A stretch of DNA of 32,000 nt from an uncultured bacterium (GTDB lineage Bacteria > Auribacterota > JACPWU01): NCBI GenBank assembly GCA_964640155.1, contig CAZXEQ010000001.1, positions 306,403-338,402 on the forward strand, read 5' to 3'. The translations under genes and the position numbers were made by a program. Positions 22,204 to 32,000 of this stretch are shown one piece after another (position 1 is the first letter of the stretch; each line of letters begins with the position of its first letter). The notes under the pieces are model-generated. The model made no database searches, was not told the origin of the DNA, and worked only from the letters and a program-made list of their open reading frames with translations.

Positions 22204-22983
22204 TTATTTCCCAGCTCCCTTTAATTCTTTAACTTTAAATTGCACAATCCTAGCAAAAGACTTTACGTCTAAACTGGCCCCACCTACCAAAGCTCCATCG
22301 ATATCTTCCTGAGCCATCAATTCATCAATATTCTCAGGTTTTACACTGCCGCCATATTGTATCGGAAGTTGATGGGCAACACCATCTCCAAATAGTTCCT
22401 TAAAAATTTTGCGAATAAAGGCATGTACTTCTTGCGCTTGAGCAGGAGTTGCATTTCGACCTGTGCCAATAGCCCAAACAGGTTCATAAGCAACAATACA
22501 ATAAGAAATCTCTTGAGATTTAATACCTTCAAAGCCTTTCGTAATCTGTGTTCGAATCACATCAAAAGTAACATTTTTTTCTCTTTCCTCAAGCGTTTCA
22601 CCTACACAAACAATGGGTTTTAATCCTTCAGCTAAAGCTTTTTTAAGCTTCCGATTAACGATTGTGTCGTCTTCACCTAAAATCTTCCTTCGCTCTGAAT
22701 GACCTAAAATCACATAAGAAGCACCTGCTTCTTTTAACATCTTGGCAGAAATTTCACCGGTATAAGCCCCATCTGATTCCCAGAAGAAATTTTGAGCACC
22801 AACGACAATATTAGAATCTTTTAATTCTTGAGCTACAGCACTTAAAGCTGTAAATGGAGGGCATACAATACAAGAGCGATTATCCAATGCCCCAAGTTCT
22901 TGCTTTAAAGCCTTCACAAAAACTACCGCTTCTGCGATGGTTTTATTCATTTTCCAATTTCCAGCAATAACAGATTTTCGCAT
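22204..22983 (-). CDS. tpiA: Triosephosphate isomerase
   Basis: IAGNWKMNKT, AYEPVWAIGTG and GGASL blocks. I prefer the ATG at 22983 (MRKSVIAGNWKMN) over the TTG at 23007 used by the track. Confidence 0.92.
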   Translation of the reverse strand: MRKSVIAGNWKMNKTIAEAVVFVKALKQELGALDNRSCIVCPPFTALSAVAQELKDSNIVVGAQNFFWESDGAYTGEISAKMLKEAGASYVILGHSERRKILGEDDTIVNRKLKKALAEGLKPIVCVGETLEEREKNVTFDVIRTQITKGFEGIKSQEISYCIVAYEPVWAIGTGRNATPAQAQEVHAFIRKIFKELFGDGVAHQLPIQYGGSVKPENIDELMAQEDIDGALVGGASLDVKSFARIVQFKVKELKGAGK

Positions 22984-23003
22984 TTTTAATTCAATCCTTT
23001 GAT

Positions 23004-25278
<2,275 letters not shown>

Positions 25279-25399
25279 TTAAATCAAAATTGTTCCCATT
25301 CATAAGGGAGTTTAACCAGTGATAAATCCTGAACATTCTATCGCAAGGAAGTGAGCTGTCAAGTTGAAATCATATCCAGTCAAAGCAAGCTTTCACACC

Positions 25400-28300
25400 C
25401 TACGCCATCATCTCAACATATTGTAAAGCTCGACGTACCCCCTCTATATTATGTCTTCGTTCAGCCTGTCGAGTTGGTTTTGCCGGCTGCATCGATGTTT
25501 CTTCAGTTTCTAAGACCTTTAATTTTTCACTCAACACCTCCGCCATAGCCTCCACCCAATACTGATTCAATACCCCTATTTCTTGCCCATCAATGAACAT
25601 GCGGCGATTTCGACCTTCTGTCTGACTGGAAACTCGCTTAATCGTCTCTGCCAATTGTGTAACATCTAATCTTTGAATATTTAAAATTTTAATCGCTAAA
25701 ATGCGAACTAAAGCTTTATTTAAAGCTTCAAGCTCATCATGTCCTATACGCAGAATCTCAGCTACTTCGCTTATGGATCTTTCATCTTCTACGTAATTAT
25801 TTTCACTTCTCCATCGATGCCGTTCTAATTCTACTCTTAAAAATACTGTCAAAAGTTCTGGTTTTTCTTTGGCTAAATATTCGAATATATCCCTACCCAT
25901 ATAAATGTTAGCAACTTTAGCTTGCTCATTATCTGTGTATCCCATACGAGCAAAGCTGATTTCGCCCTCATCTTTTGGATCAACTAAATCCATAAAAGCT
26001 TTATCCCCTAACGCAACTAAACGCATTTTCTTTAAAGACTCTTTGGCTTGATCCTCAAATCCTTTTTTGTAACTATCTGTCGTCATGTAATAATCCCAAG
26101 CTTGACCTAAAGATTTTACTGATCCTATTTCAGACAAAGAGTCCAAATATTGAAAACTTGCAGCCACATTTTGATCTTCAAATTTTCTCAACTCATTAGA
26201 CCGTACTGGCTCAACGCTTTCCGCACCCCGCTGAACTTCACTCTCCGCATGCTCTCTAAGTTCAAATCCAAATATTTCTGCTACACGTTTTATCTGAAGT
26301 CTATTAAAAGCCCAAACGACATGCTTTCCATCCTTCAATCTTCTTTTAAAAAACTGAACCCCTTTAATCCTAACTACATTTTTACCATCACTTTTACTGT
26401 TTAATTCTCCATTCACTGTTTGAGCTAATTCATTAGGATTGCCAAAGTAAAACTTTACCAATTCAAGACCAGAACAAGCTATCTGCGTTTCTTCATTAAT
26501 GAGAGGGATTTCCCTTTGTGATTCAAGACTAACTTTTCTTAACTCAAATCCAAATATATCTGCCACTGCTCCTTTTTGAGTTTTGTCAAAAGCCCAAACA
26601 AGATAATTGCCTTTAGATTTTGATCTTCTTCTTAAAAATTGAACGCCCCCAATCGTCACTTCATTAGGGTCTTCACCCGCTTTCAACCGTTTCTTTGATT
26701 CAGTATTTAATCGCTTATTCATTTTTCTAGCCAAACTTTTGCGCTCCCCAACATAAAATTTTTGCAAGCTGTCCACAGAAGAATCAATTTGCGTTTCTTC
26801 GTCAACAAGAGGAATCTCTCTTTGAACCTCCAAGCTTTCCTCTCTCAGTTTGAGTTTGAATATCTTTGCTACCTTGTTTTTTTGAGTCTTGTTAAAAGCC
26901 CAAACAATTTTATAATCAGACTCCCCTACCTTACCTTTCATCACCCTTTTAAAAAATTGAACCCCTTTGATCGTCGCTTCATTTTTCCCCCCACTTGCTT
27001 CGTCAAGCCTGCTACTGATGTCTTGAAATAATGATGTCGTACTCTCGATATAAACCTTGACCATTTCATCTCTAATACAAGCGATTTCACTATTTTCATC
27101 TAAAAGAGGAATCCCTTTCATAGACTCAGGAATTTCTCCTTTTAATTTAAAACCAAAAATTCTCGCAACATCTGACTTTTGAGTTTGATCAAAAGCCCAA
27201 ACATATCTATCGGGGCCTAATGTCTGCGACGTTCTCTTAAAAAATTTAACTCCTTCAATTTCTACACTATCTCCACCACGACTATCCTTTTCTAATCGTT
27301 CCTGTATTGTTCTAGCTAATATTTTACGATCCCCAGCAAAAAACTCTCCCAGTCCTGGACCAGAACAAGCAATTTCATTTTCGCCTAAAAGCAAGAACGA
27401 TTGCTTGAGTGATACTCGATAACGCAGGGAACTAGATTGAGGAGCATGAAACGGATAAAATCTTTCCAAAATTTTATTCAATTCTTTGAATTCTGTAGGA
27501 GAAACGTTAATAGTTTCAGCAACTTGTTGTGTCGTTCTTTCATCTTTTACGTAATTATTTTCACTTCTCCATCGATGGCGTTCTACTTCTATTCTCAAAA
27601 GCACACTCAAAAGTTCAGGCCTTTCTTTCGCCAAATATTCCAAAACATCTCTTCCAATGTAGATACTTGGAAGTCCCACTCCTGTATTGTTTTGATAGCC
27701 CATATGAGCAAAGCTGATGCCATTCTCATTTTCTTTGCGCTTATTACTCACTGCTACAAAAGCCCGGGCACCTAGAACAACCAGTCTCATTTTTTGCAAA
27801 GCCTCTTTAACTCTATCACTCAAACCCTTTTTATAAGTTTCGGTAGTGATATAATGATTTAAAGCTTCAGACAAAGATGCTGCATCTTCACCTTTCTCAA
27901 CCAACTCACCCAAACGATCAAACATCACACTCACTGTTTTACCTACAATTTGAATTTCTTTTGTCGGTTTAACTCCAGTTAAAGCACTATTTAAATCTTC
28001 TCCAACTGTTTCATTGCTAATAAACCCTTGGGAAAAACTTCCTCCACCCCCTCTGGTCTTAGTTGCACCTATGCCACTGCCATATTTGAAAAGCGCCAAC
28101 ATGCGTCTTAGTTCTGAACTACTGCCGCTATGTTTATGGCGATCTGTCAGCTTTTTTATAAGCTCTTGCTTTGATCGCTCTAAAAATTGAATAACCTCCT
28201 CTATTTTTTCGACCACATTTTTAGGAGTTGTTTTTGGATCATCCAACCAACCTTCTTTTATATCATTGAAAAACCATCTAATCTCTTCGGCATCTTCATC

Positions 28301-31300
28301 TGGAATCATAGGGATCATCTCATGACATTGTCTAAAAGCTTTCAAAACATTCCCAACATTCTCAGAATCAACATTAGCGCTTTCCAACCAAAGCATACCT
28401 GCTTCAAAAATAACCCTGATTTCTTTATCGCTTGCTATCATCACACCTTCAAATAGGCCAATTATTTCACTCAACACCTCTTCAATATTTTGTGGGGTAA
28501 TTTTCGAACTTGAAAGCCACTGCTGGAATCCATCAAAAAAAACTTTTATTTGAGAGAATCTCTCCTCTTCTAAAAGAGAAGAATCAGGACTTTTTATCGA
28601 AATTCCTAACGAAGACATGTATCTATCCATTCCGGTTCTTGCATTTAATGAAGACTTAATCGCTTCGATCACAATTTTTGTAGTACTCAATAATCCAATT
28701 GCACCTTGACCATCAAACTTCCCTGTTTTAACGCACGCTAAAAGGCTACTTAAAATTAAAGTGCTCTCTTCTCGAGAAAATACTTTTACTCGAGCAAAAT
28801 CATTTACCAAATCGTCTATATGAACCAAAGAGGTCTCTGAAACCATGCCTCTTTTCTGCATTTCATCACGTAAAGCGTTTACAAGATCTTCTGTTCCTGA
28901 ATGCATTTTTAATCCTGCTTTTGCTCTTGCAATAGCCCAATCTATCGCCCTTCCATCACCTTGACTTGTTCGTTTCATCATTTCACTCATCCCCGCAGAG
29001 CTCGACAAAGCAGTTGCATGATTTAAAGCATAAACTTGATGAGGATTTTCATCGCCAGGAAATTTTTCTTTAATCTCTTTTTCAACTTTATACAAAGCCT
29101 TTACAAATTCTTCTAATCCTTCCACAGACATACTCGAAAGCTGTCTTCGAAATCTTTTAGAGACAAAATCATCCTCAAACCCAGTCTCAGCAAGAGCAGC
29201 AAGCGTATGATAAATATTGTTGGGATTATTTTCTGGAACATTTGCTTTGAGAGGGAGAACTAACATCTCGTAGATTTCATGAAATGCACCAATGGCGTTG
29301 CCTGGTGTGACAAAAACATATAAAGTGCCATTTTCAATATATGAACCTGCTTCGATGGGAAGACCTTGCTCATCCCGAATGATTTGATCTTCTGGAATCT
29401 CTCGAAATTCTATTTTTTGAACAGCGGGTGGAGCTCGGCCACTTTCAGCAGCAAGTTCAGCCAATACTCCTTGAACATCTTCTGCCTGCATTAATCTTTG
29501 CACCAACTGAACATCTCTTCCAAAATTGGGAAATGCTGCTTGAAACTCATCATTTTGCTGGGCCTGATAACCCAATTTTAATTCTTGAGCCAGACCAGAC
29601 ACGTTTTCTATAACTGAAAAATGTCCAAGTCCTTTTTCTTTTATCTTGACTTCGAACGCTATTTCAGCCATCCCTGAACCAATTGGTTTTTGTGTAGCTT
29701 CTTTTCTTTTCTTAACCTTCCCAACATAAAAATGTTTTTGGTCAATCTCACCAGGCAAACCGGGGGCAATTTTTTCAAGCATCCCTCTTAAAAGAGCACA
29801 CTGTTCAGGGAATCTGTAATCTTTTGGAGGTCGGGGGAAAAATCTATTTTCAAAAACGGGCGACCAGCTTTTATTGATCGGTTCTTCATTCTTAATAGGC
29901 AACAGTTGCCTACCCGGGCTCTCAAAAAGATCCATGCACCTCACAGACATCAGAGAGGGAGCATCATCTCCTGTAACATATCCAGGAGGAATTACTCCAA
30001 ACGTTTCTCCAAAAACTGTCTTGATACGAACCCCAAGATCAAATCTACTGAAAGATTCAGGTGGATTGCCGTCATAAAGCAGATCTTCAAAAATGCTTCT
30101 AAAACTTTCTGGATGAGGAACCTCTCCTTCATAATAAGGATTCCCTTCTTTATCAACTCTCACTTCACTGGCCCGTAATTTTCTTCCCCCTTCATTTCCC
30201 AAAGGTTCAATGCGAAGAGAAAGTCTATAAAGCATAGCCAAAAGTTTCTTAGCTCTTTCTTCTTTTGGAATATTGAAAAACCAATCTTTTAAAGACGTAC
30301 GTTCACTTTCATCCACAATTTTTTCTACAACATAAAATGTTCCAAATTTCTTTCCATTTTGCGGCGGAGTTCTCATAACAAACTCCAAAGCCCCTGTTTT
30401 TAAATTAATCACCTGATATGCAAGTGTTCCGTCACTTCCCATGAATGAAACAGGAGCATATCCATTTTTGACAAGTTCTGGATAAAGACTCATCAATTCA
30501 TCTCTTTCTTCAGACCCTCTCCCTGCCATTGTTTCAAGAGTTGCTTCGACAAGATGTTGCACTTGAAAAGCTCTGTTGCGATCTGGAGTTGGAGTCGAAA
30601 GCCAAGCTATTCCCCTACTTAAGCGTGTGGGAGGAGTTACATCCCACCCCTTCTGATAAAAATCTTTAATGCGCTTAGCAACTCTGGCTCGGAAATCATC
30701 TTGGAATTGTCTGTTTGATTCAAAAGCTGTTGGAAGAAATCGTCCAATGATTCTTAATTGTTCTCTTCTATCTTCATTTAAGAATCCTGGCAAAACTTCA
30801 AAAGATTTTTGAGCAATTTGAGCATCGACGAATTTTAAAAGATCTTCAAGTGAACGACCTGCCACTCCTTTTCCACCACGATAAGCTAGCTCACCACCAA
30901 AATTTCCTTGAGCTTGAGCCATCGCCATTTGAATATCTAAAGCCCAAGCCAGAATATGAATCACTCGTTCAAGCGTAAAATCTTCGGAGATCTCTCCTCT
31001 ACCTTTACTTGCTTCAATTTCAGCCCCAAATCTCTGCCGAATATAAATTTCTGTTATTTCATGCCATTCATAAAAGGCCTGCTGATTTTGTGCAGGATCT
31101 TCATGCAAAGCCTTCTTGGAAACAAATACATAATTCACACCTCCCGCTTGTGCAGCAGGAAAATGAAATGCATTTTTAAGTCCTTTTTTTCTTGCTAATT
31201 TTCCAATCGGATCTTTTGTCTTTTCTGAATCATCATAAATCACAAGCTGATAAGAAATTTCTTTCTCTAATACATTTTGTTTTTTAGCTTCCGCTCGGCC

Positions 31301-31987
31301 TTGAGCATTTTTTATAAATGCTTGTACATCTTCCTTAGATACTTTCTGATCATTGTCTTGAGGGCCTGGCTCACCAATGTCTTTAAGGCGATTAACGGGA
31401 GTAGACTTAGATTTCTCAACAAGCCTACCCCAAGCATTGGGATCGATTTCCTGCATGAGATCTCTTAATCGTTCTCCAAAAGCTTTACCATTTCTATCCT
31501 CCATAGCAGCTCTAGACGGTTTGAACATTGCATCTAACGGATCAGACGCAAACAATCTTTGTGTACTCATAGATACTCTTTTTAATCTATCAATCGCAAC
31601 CTCTAGTGGTAGTCCTCGAAACGATATTGTTAGCTTAGGGAACAAAATTTCAAGCCGTTTCCAATCCGCCTCACTAAATATATTCCCATCAATATTGTCA
31701 AATCTACCATGATAGTCTGTACTTTCTCTTCCAAATAAAAATTCTAAAACTTTTAAACAAACTAACTCTTTACCGAGATCACTCCATCCCGTAGAATCTT
31801 TATTCGCATCCTCAGCAGATACTGGTTCTCCATCTGAAGTCATTAAGAGACCTCCTATTCCACCGGGTGAAACTCCAACCTTTCCATGGTAAATTTTGGC
31901 CATTAAGCCAATGATTCTTTTAAACTTTTCCTCACGAGAAATCAAAGTATGCTCTCTCAGCCACTTTGCCCAAACTGGGAGTGGCAA
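25400..31987 (-). CDS. Giant protein of unknown function (at least 2195 aa), internally repetitive; the N-terminus may lie beyond the window
   Basis: Single uninterrupted 6.6-kb ORF. The first start candidate in the window is TTG at 31987, but the frame stays open to nt 32000. I recognise no catalytic or structural family. Confidence 0.8.
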   Translation of the reverse strand: MPLPVWAKWLREHTLISREEKFKRIIGLMAKIYHGKVGVSPGGIGGLLMTSDGEPVSAEDANKDSTGWSDLGKELVCLKVLEFLFGRESTDYHGRFDNIDGNIFSEADWKRLEILFPKLTISFRGLPLEVAIDRLKRVSMSTQRLFASDPLDAMFKPSRAAMEDRNGKAFGERLRDLMQEIDPNAWGRLVEKSKSTPVNRLKDIGEPGPQDNDQKVSKEDVQAFIKNAQGRAEAKKQNVLEKEISYQLVIYDDSEKTKDPIGKLARKKGLKNAFHFPAAQAGGVNYVFVSKKALHEDPAQNQQAFYEWHEITEIYIRQRFGAEIEASKGRGEISEDFTLERVIHILAWALDIQMAMAQAQGNFGGELAYRGGKGVAGRSLEDLLKFVDAQIAQKSFEVLPGFLNEDRREQLRIIGRFLPTAFESNRQFQDDFRARVAKRIKDFYQKGWDVTPPTRLSRGIAWLSTPTPDRNRAFQVQHLVEATLETMAGRGSEERDELMSLYPELVKNGYAPVSFMGSDGTLAYQVINLKTGALEFVMRTPPQNGKKFGTFYVVEKIVDESERTSLKDWFFNIPKEERAKKLLAMLYRLSLRIEPLGNEGGRKLRASEVRVDKEGNPYYEGEVPHPESFRSIFEDLLYDGNPPESFSRFDLGVRIKTVFGETFGVIPPGYVTGDDAPSLMSVRCMDLFESPGRQLLPIKNEEPINKSWSPVFENRFFPRPPKDYRFPEQCALLRGMLEKIAPGLPGEIDQKHFYVGKVKKRKEATQKPIGSGMAEIAFEVKIKEKGLGHFSVIENVSGLAQELKLGYQAQQNDEFQAAFPNFGRDVQLVQRLMQAEDVQGVLAELAAESGRAPPAVQKIEFREIPEDQIIRDEQGLPIEAGSYIENGTLYVFVTPGNAIGAFHEIYEMLVLPLKANVPENNPNNIYHTLAALAETGFEDDFVSKRFRRQLSSMSVEGLEEFVKALYKVEKEIKEKFPGDENPHQVYALNHATALSSSAGMSEMMKRTSQGDGRAIDWAIARAKAGLKMHSGTEDLVNALRDEMQKRGMVSETSLVHIDDLVNDFARVKVFSREESTLILSSLLACVKTGKFDGQGAIGLLSTTKIVIEAIKSSLNARTGMDRYMSSLGISIKSPDSSLLEEERFSQIKVFFDGFQQWLSSSKITPQNIEEVLSEIIGLFEGVMIASDKEIRVIFEAGMLWLESANVDSENVGNVLKAFRQCHEMIPMIPDEDAEEIRWFFNDIKEGWLDDPKTTPKNVVEKIEEVIQFLERSKQELIKKLTDRHKHSGSSSELRRMLALFKYGSGIGATKTRGGGGSFSQGFISNETVGEDLNSALTGVKPTKEIQIVGKTVSVMFDRLGELVEKGEDAASLSEALNHYITTETYKKGLSDRVKEALQKMRLVVLGARAFVAVSNKRKENENGISFAHMGYQNNTGVGLPSIYIGRDVLEYLAKERPELLSVLLRIEVERHRWRSENNYVKDERTTQQVAETINVSPTEFKELNKILERFYPFHAPQSSSLRYRVSLKQSFLLLGENEIACSGPGLGEFFAGDRKILARTIQERLEKDSRGGDSVEIEGVKFFKRTSQTLGPDRYVWAFDQTQKSDVARIFGFKLKGEIPESMKGIPLLDENSEIACIRDEMVKVYIESTTSLFQDISSRLDEASGGKNEATIKGVQFFKRVMKGKVGESDYKIVWAFNKTQKNKVAKIFKLKLREESLEVQREIPLVDEETQIDSSVDSLQKFYVGERKSLARKMNKRLNTESKKRLKAGEDPNEVTIGGVQFLRRRSKSKGNYLVWAFDKTQKGAVADIFGFELRKVSLESQREIPLINEETQIACSGLELVKFYFGNPNELAQTVNGELNSKSDGKNVVRIKGVQFFKRRLKDGKHVVWAFNRLQIKRVAEIFGFELREHAESEVQRGAESVEPVRSNELRKFEDQNVAASFQYLDSLSEIGSVKSLGQAWDYYMTTDSYKKGFEDQAKESLKKMRLVALGDKAFMDLVDPKDEGEISFARMGYTDNEQAKVANIYMGRDIFEYLAKEKPELLTVFLRVELERHRWRSENNYVEDERSISEVAEILRIGHDELEALNKALVRILAIKILNIQRLDVTQLAETIKRVSSQTEGRNRRMFIDGQEIGVLNQYWVEAMAEVLSEKLKVLETEETSMQPAKPTRQAERRHNIEGVRRALQYVEMMA
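25703..26113 (-). repeat. Module A2 (137 aa), paralog of A1
   Basis: SLGQAWDYYMTTDSYKKGFE...KMRLVALG...ISFARMGY...NIYMGRDIFEYLAKEKPELLTVFLRVELERHRWRSENNYVEDER... Confidence 0.85.
26255..27373 (-). repeat. Four tandem ~76-102-aa repeats (R1-R4) inside the giant ORF
   Basis: Repeat coordinates: R1 27086..27373, R2 26789..27085, R3 26483..26788, R4 26255..26482. Shared signature: I-A-C-S-G...[KE]-F-[YF]...I-x-G-V-[QK]-F-[FL]-[KR]-R...[YIV]-V-W-A-F-[DN]-x-[TL]-Q-[KI]-x-x-V-A-x-I-F-[GK]-[FL]-[EK]-L-[RK]...Q-R-E-I-P-L-[VI]-[DN]-E-E-T-Q. Confidence 0.85.
27461..27877 (-). repeat. Module A1 (139 aa) of a duplicated domain flanking the R repeats
   Basis: SLSEALNHYITTETYKKGLS...KMRLVVLG...ISFAHMGY...SIYIGRDVLEYLAKERPELLSVLLRIEVERHRWRSENNYVKDER... 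aligns along its full length with module A2. A 30-nt identical DNA run links 27548..27577 to 25790..25819. Confidence 0.85.
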
Positions 31988-32000
31988 TTTACATTCAGGG

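Overview
Visibly AT-rich bacterial chromosomal window from a diderm organism (it carries lipid A genes). The lineage cannot be assigned from sequence alone. Nearly all genes are on the minus strand and tightly packed. Several true starts are TTG, or lie internal to the supplied ORF calls.

Housekeeping content:
- Lipid A genes: an LpxL-like acyltransferase fused to an ELM1-like domain, then lpxK.
- A YceI-like periplasmic protein.
- An rmlA-rmlB-rmlD-ycaR-like operon with no rmlC.
- A UPF0104 membrane protein, rpsU, thrB and the CCA-adding enzyme.
- A ClpX paralog without the zinc-binding domain.
- tRNA-Leu, a BT1/folate-biopterin-family transporter, and the secG-tpiA-pgk-gap glycolytic block.
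- rpsU and the Trm112/YcaR-like gene are absent from the ORF track.

Most interesting locus (16427..18675, minus strand): a compact four-gene RiPP-type operon. It encodes a 74-aa exported precursor whose core carries five tandem K-S-C-S-G-[EQD] hexapeptides plus a C-x3-CC motif, a DUF692/MNIO oxidase, a DUF2063 partner and a DCC-family CxxC protein. The enzyme pair places it near the methanobactin/bufferin/Hvf class of Cys-modified metallophores. The precursor repeat and the fourth gene look different from the layouts I know.

Other notable items:
- Two paralogous ~98-nt GC-rich structured elements with compensatory base changes, each ending exactly 82 nt before the next plus-strand start codon.
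- A GC-rich 166-bp island bracketed by a 26-nt duplication of the tRNA-Leu 3' end.
- A tRNA-Leu whose anticodon reads AAG.
- A giant ORF of at least 2195 aa with a nested A-(Rx4)-A repeat architecture.
- A 1222-aa secreted protein with no recognisable domain.

No CRISPR array, transposase or integrase was seen.
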